Positions 24,113 to 36,900 of a DNA stretch of 64,000 nucleotides are shown here, piece after piece. Location of the stretch: contig NC_135656.1 of NCBI RefSeq assembly GCF_964188315.1, positions 30,070,001 through 30,134,000 of the forward strand, given 5' to 3'. Every line of letters begins with the position of its first letter. The first letter of the stretch is position 1. The position numbers and the translations under genes are program-made. The stretch is from Podarcis muralis. Its lineage: Eukaryota. The notes under the pieces are model-generated. The model was given only the letters and a program-made list of their open reading frames with translations. It was not told where the DNA came from and did no database searches.

Positions 24113-24810
24113 AAGAAGAAGAAGAAGAAGAAGAGTTTTATTATTTATACCCCACCCATCTGACTGGGTTGCATAGCTGTCAACCGTCCCTTATTTGGCG
24201 GGAGACTCCCTTATCCCAGCGCCATGTCCCGCTGCTGTCCCTTATTGATGATGTCCCTTAAATTTCCCGGGTTTCAAAGGAAGCAGCTCCTCTCCCTCCC
24301 TCCCTCCCTGCCGGCCAGGGAGGAGGGAGGCTCCAACTGTGTTGCTTGGCTGCGTTGCTCACCCAATAAGGAGCCTAAGAACAACTGGGGGGTGGAGCTT
24401 GCATGCCTTGTGCCGATCAAATTGGCCACGTTGCCTGGGGACTCGCCTTTGCTCAGCGCTTCGCAGCGGAGAGGTGACGGTGGTTTTCCTTGCTGCAGCC
24501 CCTTTGCCAGGTTGCTGCGCTGTGGGAACCACCGCTTGAGGCTCTGTTTGGGTGCTGGCTGGGGTTTCTGCCTTTGGCTAGGAGGGGCTCAGAAGTTGAA
24601 CATAGCTGTGCTCTGAAAATCCCCTATTTTGGCTACTGATCCCTTATTTTTGAGGCTGCTGGTCCCTTATTTTCAAATCTGTAAGTTGACAGCTATGCTG
24701 GGTTGCCACTCTGGGCAGCTGCCAACATATCCAAAAACATAATAAAACATTAAACATTTTTTTAAAAATCCCTATACAGGGCTACCTTCAGATGGCTCAT
24801 GGGTCGGATA
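24083..24810 (-). mobile_element. L2 3' fragment with a (GAA)n tail, split by a hAT MITE
   Basis: (GAA)n at 24083-24134, then ttattatttataccccacccatctgactgggttg | ctgggttgccactctgggcagc... continuing after the insert. Confidence 0.8.
24172..24697. mobile_element. Young hAT MITE (526 bp)
   Basis: Perfect 13-bp TIRs catagctgtcaac / gttgacagctatg and perfect 8-bp TSD ctgggttg (24164-24171 and 24698-24705). Repeated subterminal TCCCTTAT motifs. Confidence 0.93.
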
Positions 24811-24814
24811 ACTC

Positions 24815-24951
24815 CACACCCTCCAACATTTCTCCAATGATAGTAAAGACGTCTTAAGGAAAAGTGGACATTCTAGGATCGAATCAGAAACCAGGATGGC
24901 TTCTGTGAATCTGGGACTATCCCTGGAAAATAGGGACACTTGGAGGGTCTG
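24815..24951. mobile_element. hAT-type MITE
   Basis: TIRs cacaccctccaa / ttggagggtctg and internal atagggac motifs. Its first ~42 bp also occur at 24038-24079. Confidence 0.75.
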
Positions 24952-27596
24952 TGAGGAATTGGGAAGTTGTTGGGGATCACACCTAATCTCTGGCTTCTCA
25001 GAGAACCAGAATTTCACAATCAAACACAGACACTTACTTGTAAAGTGTCGTACTTCACAGTACGAAACCCCTCATCAGAAATCTACAGTTAAAACTTTGT
25101 ATATGAGAAAACTCAGTCAAAATGCTTCATTCACTCAAACACACACACACACACACACAGCAAGAATGGCATGCAGCTTTATGAATGTGACGAAATCTAC
25201 AACTGCTTTTAAAGTTTGGGACACAGCATTCAGAGAAGACTGTATGATGCAAAAGGGATTTGTTTTAATAGGCCAAGCGTATATCTTGCCCTACTTTATA
25301 ATATAAAACAAAATTACAGCTGGGTTGGGTATGTGTAGTAGAGTGACTCACTGTTCAAAGGAAAACAGAGGTTTGGCTTCCTTCCACTTGGCCCTGCCTC
25401 TTCATTCATGTTGGTGGTTGGCTGGTTAGTTGGTTGGTTTTGGTGGGGGGTGGATTCTGCATTTTAACGAAAAATTACTATACCATATTATGCAGCTACC
25501 GGCAGTGAGATCAGCACAGAGCCTAAAACTGTGGGAGATTAGCAGCCAAACCTAACAAATGCTAGTTAGCATGACAAAGGGCCAGACCATAGAAATACAG
25601 TTGGTAGAGAGGGCTCTGTGTGATGTCACTTCCCTTCCTCTCCTGGAAGGAGCATATAGTACTTCCTGTTCTTCTCTCTTCGAAACTCTGTTCAACCCAC
25701 AGACATGGGCATCTGGAGGGCTCAGTTGCAATTAATATATCCTCTCCTACTCATAAAAACATATCTCACAAAAAAAGAGACCAGAGAATGTCCCTAATAG
25801 ACTAGTATGTTATAACAAAAAGAGTGCTGGAGTTAGACCTGAGTTCAAGTTCTGCATCCAGCCATGAAGCTCTCTAGGTGACATTGGGTCAAGTGATATC
25901 TCTCATAGGGTAACTCTAATGATAACATGGTGGGTATCATAAATGCCTTTTTTGAGAAGAGATGGGATTCAGCTGAGATGAGAAAGTTAAATAGCAATCT
26001 CTTCAGCGATGATTAATTAGTCAATTGCTATCATAATTACCAGATCACATATATTTATTACAAACTATAATAAAATACAGCCTTGCAGATGGAAGTTATA
26101 TTTTCCATTTTGCTTATGGGGACAGAGACCAAAACTTAGAAACTTACCCAGGATAGCTGTTGAGTGAATTCTTAGCTGATCAAGCCTCAATCAGATCCAG
26201 TCATAAGGCAATTTGATGCACTGGCTATCACACCAATTAAATGTAATCTCATTCTCATTATAACCTTCACATCAAGAATCTTGATTTAGAATATTTACAT
26301 TGCTCTACCATTACAGTACAGGCTTGCTCAGTTTGCAAGGCAGGTTTTGAAAAGTATCAATAAAATGACTAGCCACACCAAATGTCAAAAATTTCCAAAA
26401 TGTCTTTGCGAATGCTATATGGAAAAAATTCAACTACTGTACAATAAACTTTTATTAGCAAGAACTCACCTTAGATTGAATACTAAATTATTTTAAGTAT
26501 TTTACACATGTTCTATAAATACAAAACTAGACTTGGCAGAATCTCAAGGAGGATTGTGTCCTTAAATCTGTAAATTAAAATTTGAACCTCATGTCCCACA
26601 TGTATGGGAGAAATATGAGAGTATACAGGTTGTGAAACCCTTTTAGCAGAGTCAAAACACTTATGCATTTTTACATCTTACTGGAAGCTTGGAATTGGGC
26701 AATCATACATTTTTATACCTATTTATTTGAGGTCTGCTGACCTTCCCCTCTTTTTTCCCATTCCTAAGAATGAACCACACATTTTAGTTTATTTTTTAAA
26801 AAATGTTTACTTACATTTTGATGCAGGCAGCAAATACATCAAAGTAGTATGCCGGTAAAAATACTTCTTAGTTTTAAAATGCAAAATTAGTATCTAAAGT
26901 GGAGTCTGGGTTCTGAGCAGAGCCCAGGCTTGTACGTCAGCTCACATCACTGTCTTAAAAATAAGATAATGACTGAAGCAAAGAGGAAGGAGAAAAGGTT
27001 AAGATCCTTCATTCCATTTCCCACTATAGGAAGTAGGGGGTGTGAATATTGGAATACAGGAACTCTGAGCGTCTTAACCCCTTCACATACTTATTTAGCA
27101 AACATAATTGTCATATTGACTGCAGATTTTCCCACAAAAACATCATGCAACAAGAGTATGGAAGAGATGCTTTCAAACTACGGGGAGCATTCTCATGAGC
27201 TTTACGAAGGCAATTGGAGTTTATAGCTTTTATTTCTTTATCCTGTTGTTATATAAATATCATTTTTAAATGTGTAACGGGAAAGGATCCAGAACCACTT
27301 TGTCTAAGAAAAGTGGGGTATTAATATATATAAATAAATGAACCATTTCAAACACCGTGGTGTATATTCTTAACCTTATGTGTGAATCAGCATCTGAAGG
27401 TCAATTTGTATTGTAAGGTCCAATGTGTTTCAAATGCAAAATGCACATTTTAGGATTCAAAACTCCACCTTGAGTTGGTGATTTGCCAAAACTGCTCACA
27501 TGGCTGTATGCATTTGATCAGCTGTTTGTACAGTTTTTCATTATCAATATGCAGGAAGTCTAGCTCAACAGAAGTGTAGCAAAATATCATGTATGT

Positions 27597-27710
27597 TCGT
27601 AGAGTCATAGGGTTGGAAGAGACCTCAAAAGTTGCCCAGACCAACCCCTTTAGGTGTGGGAGATACACTACCACAGTGTCCCTGCACCTATTAGATGGCC
27701 ATCCATTTAA
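27597..27710 (-). mobile_element. CR1-type 3' tail (degenerate)
   Basis: gtagagtcatagggttggaagagacc...ccaacccc...agatggccatcc. Confidence 0.55.
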
Positions 27711-29789
27711 AACAACAACAAGGAGGCACCCGGTCTGAGAATCAGTTCTGTTTGACTCAAACACTTGTTTTCAGTATATTACACACTTGTTATTTCAAAT
27801 AATGTGTTCCATATTAATCTGGTATTTCTTTATCTGTAAATATATATCTGTTTTAATTGAGGGGAACTAACAACATTATTTGATTATTGCAACAGAGTGC
27901 ATGGCACTTCCTCTTCCAGATTCCTAAAATCTGAATGACAGGTGTTTTTCATTTGCCTCACCTAAAATGAAGATAATCTGGAGGAAGTGTTTAGAGAAAA
28001 GAAAGATGATGACTTACATTGTTCTGTTTACCAGCTTTGTTCCTGGCTATTAAGTATCACCTTAATATGTAAAGCAGAGATGGGGATCCTGAGGCCCTCC
28101 AAATGTTTGATGAACTACAACTCCCATAATCTCTAACCGGTGGCCAGGATGGCTGGGGCTGATGAGAGTTGGAGTACAACCACATGTTGTACCAGGAGGT
28201 AGCATGCCCACTCCCACAGGTCCCCTGCCTCAGACCTAAACCACTTATGCAATTTTCTTCACCTTGAATGGATGGTCCCAAATACCATTGGTCCAAAGGT
28301 TGTGTGGTCTTTACATCCCTCAAGGGGCATCTCACAACTCTGCTAGTTATGCCTGCAGGCATGGCTAGTGGCACACAGAAGGACCAAACTGGCAGTCTAG
28401 GCATTCATTCCCTTTGGCAGGTTAGCTCATTGGTCCCATAAATCACAAAAGGTAGATCGTAAACAGAAATTGAAAGCTGAGGTCTTTCCCTGAACAATCA
28501 GGTATCTCCACCCACTTCCTACAGACAACGCAGATCTTCCCAGCAAACCCTGATATCTCCAAATGCTATGAAGTTTTCCAATGTCCAAGTCCATAGGATT
28601 CCTTGATGCGGTTATTAATTTAAACCCTCAGGTGCTTGGCGATCCCAAATCCATAGCCCCCTGAAAAGATATTCTTTTATTTCCGTAGAATCGTATAGAA
28701 CCAACACCTTGGTTCATATTTTATTTTTACTGCCTCGCCCTCCCCCTTTTTCTACTTACAGCGTTTAGCTTCCCAGTGGTTAAAAAAAAAAAAAAACCCT
28801 CAGCTTCACAAGCACAAGGCGATTTGCACTTCTAGCCTTTCTCTGAGTCCCAGTCCAAATCTGATTCTCCTTCAACTCAAAGCACTGTAGCTCCCTGCTG
28901 AAAACAAAACACCCGCGTTTCTCAGCTGCTCCAAAGAACTTTGATAAAAGACAACAAGCTCTTTATGATGGGGGAAATGATCTCATATGCAATCTGAAGC
29001 AGCGCGTTTCGCATACGATTCCGCGAAGGAGAACAGCTCCCTGCTAAAAGAAAATCCCCTCGCTATCATAATAAATCTGAATCTAATCCATATAACTCCG
29101 TTTAAACCCGTGACTGGGAGAGAAATCGATTTCTATCCATAGCCTTTCGCCGTTTGCCGGCTTGAGGAGCGGACGACGCGTAATTGCGCGGAGAGCCACC
29201 GGAGAGCCACTCTCAGCTGGAGTTTCACTCTGGGCAGCGCGAGAGCGGAAAGGGGGCACGTGGGGCGATCTTTGGAAATCGACCGGATAACTTGACAGCT
29301 TTGGCAGGCAGCGGACTCCTTCTTTCGAGGAATGAAGCCAGGGGACTGCGGAGGCGGGTAGCTAGGCATCCCCCCCCCCTTTGTAAATAGGTCGAAAAAC
29401 TAGTTCAACAAGGTGAAAATATTTCATGCAGTCTTTATGAAGGCGACTGTCCCTTCCTTGCAAGTTCCAAAGTCGGCCGATACGATGCTAAAGTAACCCA
29501 CTTCTTTGAGCGCCCCATTGAAAGTGAGGGGGGATCCCTTATGGCTAAGATCACGGTGGTGTTGGAAAACCCTGCGGGGGCGTCGCGATCAGCCCCCAAG
29601 AACACAGCTCTTAATTTAGCAAGCAAAGCAGCCCGGAATTCCAACTAGACACAGATTTATTATCCCCTAATCTCCCTGTCGGGCTGACTGTACTCTGTGC
29701 ATGTTCAGTGATACATTATTTTGACCTCACATGTTCCCAGGACTTCGCCCTGAGCTTCATCGTGGGCGCAGCATCTTAGGGACTAAGCT

Positions 29790-29940
29790 GTCACTCGGAG
29801 GAGGCGGGGCGGCGGCGGCGAGGGAAGAGAAAATCAGCTCCAAGAATCAGCCCGCGCGGAGCGGGAAGAGGATCCGCCGCAGCGCGTGTTAAGCTCATTC
29901 AGATCGGGCCACGTGGCACCTTGCGCCTGCGCAAAGGAAT
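29790..29940. promoter_or_regulatory. Promoter-like motif cluster (GC box, E-box, NRF1)
   Basis: GGGGCGG 29806-29812, CACGTG 29910-29915, TGCGCCTGCGCA 29922-29933. Confidence 0.5.
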
Positions 29941-32341
29941 CCAGGCTCCCTCGAATCGCTGACTTTCTGTAGCTGCCCTTGTTGCAGGATCTGCGAACAA
30001 AGACCTGAGTCACGGCGAGCTCCGGGCGAATCTGGTGCAGCCGGTCGGCCGCTGCAGCCTTGGCGATGCTCCTGCGCGTGCTACTCCTCGTGCCCGGCAA
30101 GGCCTCGCTAGCTCTGGGGATGATCAAAGGCTGCTCGGGTTTCTGCGCCTTTCCGAGTCCCTGCTGAAGGAGGGGGAAGGGCCGGGCTGCTGGACGACCC
30201 CGCGCCCGCTAAACCGGATTCAGTCGTTCCCAATGGCCCCGCCGCTGCGGGGACACGAGATAGTTGCAGCAGCAAGGAAGACCTTTCAGAGATCTCTCGT
30301 TTTCCTTCTGCAAGGCAGTGCTCCGGTGTCATTTAATAAATAATAATTTAATAAATACTCATATAACCGGTGGGGAAAGGGATCCCTCGACGTCCTTATC
30401 CCGAGGAAAATGACGTCGAACTGGCGGCCAAGCAAGAGCCGGTTTTACACTCTCAGGTCGCAGATGAGTGCTCGGCTTCGATTATGTTGCTACGCCACGT
30501 GTCTAGAAGATTGTGTTGGCCCGATCCTAACCTTATTGAGTCAAAAGGAAGGTCCCACTGATGTACCCCTGTGGTTTACTTTAAGAGTATCCTTAAGACC
30601 CTATGCGTGTTTCCATCCCCGCCCCCCACAAACACACAAGCAAGCCCTACTGTGCTCAGTGAGACTGGCTCCTATGTAACAGTGCCTATAGGGTGGATCA
30701 TCGCAGCCTTAGGATCACCGCAGCCTTCCTCTAGTCGAGCAGCCATAGATAGTCCCATCGATAATAGGTCTCATTGTGGGCTGCGATCCTTTACTGGGGA
30801 ATAAGTGCCCCTGAACGTGGTGGACCTGACTTCCGAGTAAGCAGGTACAAGTATCTGCTGTATCGGTAACTGATGATCTGGTAATTTGCAAGTCAACTGC
30901 GTTTAAAGTCATACTTCCTTGGTTAAGAGCGCGCCACTAAGATGTTCTGTTTAGAGACCTGGGCTGCAACTGCTTCAAAAAACCCACTGGGCATGTAGTT
31001 CTCAGGGTCGCTTCGTGCCAGTCCTTCGCTCTCAGCCTAGCCTACAGCCACAGGATTGTTAAGAGGGAAAAACGAAGAAGGTACGGCCGTGTGTGGCTCC
31101 CGGAGGCCCTTGGAGGAGCAGCGGCATATAAGTAAATAAGCAAGAGCCGAGAAACCCTTTGGTGAAGAAGCGCGTCCCTCAGCCCGGTTCCTTGGATGGC
31201 CATACAGAAACCCATGGCATTTGCTTCCTGGGAAACATGGCTCGGAGGATGGGGGAGGTCATCTCTTCCTCCCCGTCCTGAATGAATGAGTCTCTCTTTC
31301 TCTCTGTTCCCCAAAAGGAAGCAAGTGAATGGTCAAATATCACCCAGTGGATTTGAGCATAAGGTCTTGGAAAACATACAGTAGAAGGCTGAAGAATCCG
31401 AGCCTCTGAAACAAAGGAACTGAGACTGCGGCAACTGGAATCGTTTGCGCATGCAATTTCGGCTTAACTTTAACCGGTCCGAGTGGATGGCGGTTGCTCA
31501 TCAATCCCCTTGGGAGGTCGAGCGCATTTCCTTTCCCCCAGAAGTCTGAAATCCCCACCGCCGAGACGTCTCTAGAGATAGAAAAACCGACTCTGTAAAG
31601 GAATTCAGAATCGCCTCTTTCCACATTTAGCTGCGAGCTAAATCCCCCTGGAATTCACTGGGGATGACTTCTCACGAGACGTGTATAGGATGGCGCTGCA
31701 CTCAGAAGTGGTCTTGTCAAGCCGTGTTTCTGTGTCTTGCCTGAGGTTCGGGGACCGCGTTTCTAGCCCTCCTCCGTTTTCCCGAAGTTCTGGGTGGGAA
31801 GAGGAATGGAGAAAAACTGGCTGAATTCAGCGCAGTGTATCTCCAAGCCAGATATTTAGGATTGGGGGGGGGGACTCCGCTTTTTAGACGCTGCCGATCC
31901 GTGTGGATCGGAAACAGTACCGGCGCTGGACCTTCCGGCAGACCTTGTCACGTCCACCTGGAAAGGGATGGCCGCAGATCCAAGCAGAAGCATCAGGAAT
32001 GGACCGAGAAGCAAATGGCCGGAGGAAGGGGCTTGGGGGAAATGGAGGCCTTGGGGGGCCTGCCTTGGTACCGTCTCGCCCGCAGCCCAGCCCAGCCCAG
32101 CCCAGCCTCGCCGTCGTCACGCAAGGGGATCCCGCACCTGCATTGCAACACTACGGACCTCCTTCCCTGTTTGCCTCTGTGCTGGCAACACCCTGCAATG
32201 CAGCATTGCAAAACGCCCCTTTCTCTCTTTCTGTTCCTCTTTCTGCTGAAATAATGAAGGCGCCACCCTGCTCCCCAATCAATCCGAAAACCAGGCTTGC
32301 AGTTTCGTGTCGCCAGTCTCCCCACTCCACCCCACCCCTCC

Positions 32342-32386
<45 letters not shown>

Positions 32387-33719
32387 TCCCCCCTTCCCCC
32401 ACACCAGAAATCTGCCTGCTGTAGCGGAATTATCGGATCTGTTGCGCGCGCCCTCTCCCTAGGGGCGACGCCTAGGGATGCCTGGCCATATTCAAACCAG
32501 CCCCCGGGCGGCGGCGGGGTGGGGTGGGGTGGGAGAGTGGGAAGGAGGAGGGGAGCAAGAGAAAGAGCCTTCCTCGCGTGTTCTTAGCGCACCCACACGT
32601 GGATTTCCAAATCACCCTGCCCCGCGTGGGAAGGGCATCCAAGGATCACGGAGTTTAAAAATGGGGATCTGGCAGGGTTGGTGTTGGCATCGGCAATACA
32701 GCACGGTCGTGCCAAGGCATGCAACCAATATGCAGCAAAAATTAAATAAATAACCCTGGGCACTTGTGCGGCCGCACATGAGAAGCTGTTGGACTGGTTT
32801 GGAGAGGCAAAACAAACACGGTGCAGTAGGGAATTCAGTTGCGAGACATCCTGCTTTGAAGGGTTCCTGTGTGAGAGCCGCCCGCCTCCTCTCATTCTCG
32901 GCCGAGCACCCACGCTGAGAGCTGGGCCTCAGCAGCCCCGCCAGAGACCGGCATCGAAGTCCAATGGGTTTGTGTCTCACGGTCTCCGAAGGGTCCCTCT
33001 CGCCCAGTTCCTTCCCATACCCCCACAGCCTCATGTGACATAATGGCTGCGATGGAGACGTGTCTCTCTGTGTATATATACACATATATACATACAACAG
33101 AAAATATATATATACACGCACACATATATACAACATACACACATACGCATATACACAACAGAAGTCTAGATACGCACATAGACAATAGAAGGCTTTGGTG
33201 ACCATATTTGAGAAGAGGCTAAGCGTTGCTTTGGACTCTCCGGAGGGGTCGGATAACCGAAACCAAGACCACCACTCTCTTTCATTTCCGTGGTGCAATA
33301 TTGGAGGCTTTCAAACGGGAGAAGCGGGTGCACACCCCGTTGGAACTGTCACCCTGTTCGCAAGCCGAGCCTGAGCTAGTGCGGCTGCCCTTGGCGGCGT
33401 TCAAACTCTCCCGTTTCTGCTCTGCGCTGGCAACGGGTGCCATCCTGGCCCTCGTACCCGAGAAGCTGAGTAGCAGGTGACTTATTGGAGAGGCCAGGAG
33501 GAACCGGCTAGAAGCCGGGGAGAAGTTGCAGCTGGGAAATTCTCCGCGGTTTTGGGTTATCATCCAAAGCGGTCTTATACCGCTGGAACAGCCATGGAGA
33601 ATCCTGGGAACTGCAGTTTGTTAAGGGTGCTGGGAATAAAAGCTCCGCGAGGTCAGCACCCATAATTCTTTGGGGGAAAGCTATGACTGTTCAAGTGCTA
33701 TAAGGGTACTTCAAATATA

Positions 33720-33934
33720 CAGTGGTACCTCGGGTTAAGTTCCAGAGGTCCGTTTTTAACCTGAAACTGTTCTTAACCTGAAGCACCACTTTAGCTAATG
33801 GGGCCTCCCATTGCCGCCGCGCCGCCGGAGCACAATTTCTGTTCTCATCCTGAAGCAAAGTTCTTAACCCGAGGTACTATTTCTGGGTTAGCGGCGCCTG
33901 TAACCTGAAGCGTATGTAAGCCGAGGTACCACTG
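33720..33934 (-). mobile_element. Tc1/mariner MITE, family copy 4 (inverted), inside the CpG domain
   Basis: Same TIRs and TA TSDs. Sits beside a palindromic MITE relic at ~33597-33700. Confidence 0.9.
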
Positions 33935-36900
33935 TATCTCAGTGGATGCTGAGAATTCCTAAGAAGGCTGTAGGGGCTCGCCCCTTCCATCCTCTCCACC
34001 CCATAGTCCCGTCGGCCTTGGTGGCTGTGGGTGCAGAAACAGAGTCGGCAGTGATTCGGGATTAAAGAATCCGAAGCAAAGGCGTGGGATGGGTTTATAT
34101 TTGTGGGGGGTTGTCGGGAGAGTCGGGTGTTATAGTTACGCCGTGGTGGAGACTGAAGATCCTGGCCTGACCCCAAAGTGGAGGGGGGACACTCTAGATT
34201 CGCACTGGAGAAGACCAGGGGACCCCGATCAGCGGGGCTGAGTGTGCGGAGGTCCGAGCCTGTTGCTTCTCCATTCATTCTTTCCACCCCTCCCCGCCGC
34301 AGCATGAGGACCAGAGGGGTGACAGCAGAGAAAGCAGTCGGGCTGGGGGGTGTCTCTCTCTTCCCCAGCAGCCGCGAAGGATCCATGTGGCCACCCATCT
34401 ATCTCTCTCTCTACTTTAGGGAAAAGCTGGCGAAGTACAAAATGGCGGGGCAAGGGGTGGGCAGAGGCACATAAAGCCCTTTTCCCTGCGCCGCTCCGGC
34501 TCGCCGAAACCCACCACGCCTGGCAGCAGCAGCCCCTGCCTCTTCTGCCGCAGGATCGCCCCCCCCCCTCGAAGCTCCTGCGCCCTCCCCCCGCTCCGTC
34601 TCCTCTTTCTCCAACGTGATCCAATCCTAAAGGCAGAATAACATCAGAAAATGGCTGCCTAGACTCGGTTTTCTTTTTCCAGAGGAGCGATCCGAGCTGG
34701 GCTCTTGCTCCTTCGTTCCCCCGATCCCCACCAGGCTCTCCTCCTCCCCAGCTGTTTCTGCAACCTGGAAGAGGAGAACCCTTCCGCCTCCCCACCCGAC
34801 CCCCGGCTCAGCCTCTGGACAGTAAGACTTTGAAGGAGGCGGCTCTGCTGCGTGGCAGAAGCAAGCGTGCCTTCTGCCGCCTTGCAGTTAGTGCCCCGAG
34901 GGATCCACCAGCTCACCTCTCCGGGATTGCCCTAGACCCGGAGCAGAGCTTGGGCCAGAGCCACAGCAAACGCCCAAGTAGCCTGAGCTGACCTCCCCGG
35001 GCGTCCGACAGACGGCACATGTCTCTTGGCGCAGGTCTTGAACCTGCCTCAGGACTGGGAGAGACCGAGAAGGAGTCAGGGCCGGCGGGTGGTCCTTCTC
35101 AGCTGGTTCACTCATTTGATGCGCAAGAAGGGAGCGCGGCAGAGAGATCCTAAGCCTATGCGCTGGGTCCCATTGCAGTCCATGGGGCTTATTTCCTCGC
35201 GGGTATGTTCAGCACTGCACCTTAGCTGCATACTGACCATCCTGTTGCCCACCCCTCACCCACAACTGGGGTGACTGATCCTTCCCCCGCCCCCATAATA
35301 AATACCCTCCGATTAAGGAGTCTAGCCTGTAAGCAATAGTACACCAAGAGGCGGCACATTGTAGATTAATTAACTCGGGGTGGGGGAGAAGAGTGTAATT
35401 TTGTGAATTTGGGGTATGATGTGCAGAGGTGCGAAACTGCCCGAGTTGCTGGTGATCGGGTGAGAGAACAAATGTCTACCTCTGCAAAATATCTGCTTGG
35501 ACCTTGGATTACCACCAGCGAAAAAGCAACGAAACTTCGGTTCCTGCGTTCTCAACCTGTCTAAACGCAGGTATAATATCGGAATCCGAATCCGCTGTCA
35601 AAACTGCAAAACCAAGCTGGGAGTAGTGCCATTTCGGAGCAAGTCTTCAGGACTGGGAGCTGGCTTCGAAGAAATCCTTCTAGCTTTGGGGAAGTCGCCG
35701 CCTCTTAGCCTCGCTCAGTTGGTTCTCGTCTGTGAATAGCGAGTAGAAGTGGTGTCCTACCTCACCGGGGTGCGGCGCGGAAGAAGGGGTTTCACCCCGA
35801 TCCGATTATTTTTCTTTTTTAAGGGGGTGGGTGGGAGTAAATCCCACGATTCAACTAGGGCGTGTGAAACATCGAAAGCAGGGAGGCTGCTATCCTGCGC
35901 ACACTTCCTTGGAAGTAAAAGTATGGAAAGAAAGGAGACGCTTCCGAGCAAACGCGGTTAGGACTGTAAAAGTGGCATGGTATATGCAGCCATATACCCA
36001 GACTTTCCCCCCACCCGCTTCCCTTCGAGGAGTGGGTGTATATATTATAATCGTATCTCCAGACAGAAACCAAATAAACCCTCGAAAGCCTTTTTAGGCG
36101 CTGGTATTTCACCCGGGATTAAACAGGTCAAGAGGAGGAGACCGACAACGGGGGGTTTCTCGCGAGCCGCGTCGGGCTTCGGCTACAGGCGCTGATGTCA
36201 AGGGTCTAAAAAGAGGCGAGCGCCGGATCGCCAGCCGTATAAGGAAGCGAGACGAAGCTGGCGAAGGGAGCCGCCATGGCGGGCGGGCGCGGGAGAGAGA
36301 GCGAGCGTGCGGATGCAGCCGCGGCGGGATCGGCCCTGGCGAGGTTGGCAGAGCTCGGAACACGCCTCTCGCGGCCGGGCACGTGGAGGGTGGAGGGCGG
36401 AAGCAACGTGCCAATGCATGCCAAGGGAGTGCAGACACCGAAGCAGAAGGCAAACATCGAATGCCCGCAGTTTGGATACTTTGGCAAGGTGTGGGATCTG
36501 CTTCGTCCACGTCAAGTGTCTCTTTCTCACGTTCACACACACACGCGCCGCTGCCGGCAATTCCAAACTCACTGAGCTCGCGAATGAGGCTCCTTTTAGT
36601 GTCGCGTGTGCGCAGGTGGCACGATCCTCACAGCATGCGTGTTAGTATAGGGGAAGATTCCCGGGTTTTGCTCCCTGGCAAGTGGGGAAAAGGCTGCAGC
36701 GTGCAGTCCAGACTGGCCATTTGCAAAGCGCCGGGATAGTTTTTCCGACGTCTCCCTGAAACTTACAACTCCAGGGGAAGCAGCGAGTGAATTGCAGCGT
36801 CTGCATCTCTGGTCCCTAGCTGAAAACCATAAGTCTCCACAGCCTTTAGCCCCGATTCTAAATCCTGAAATCAATGAAGCTTCCCCCCAAAAATGTGTCC

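Noticed and set aside
17951-33934. CpG-retention difference among the four Tigger-like MITE copies
   Set aside because: By-eye counts (about 7, 8 and 11 CpG outside the island domain versus about 12 inside) overlap too much to support a claim.
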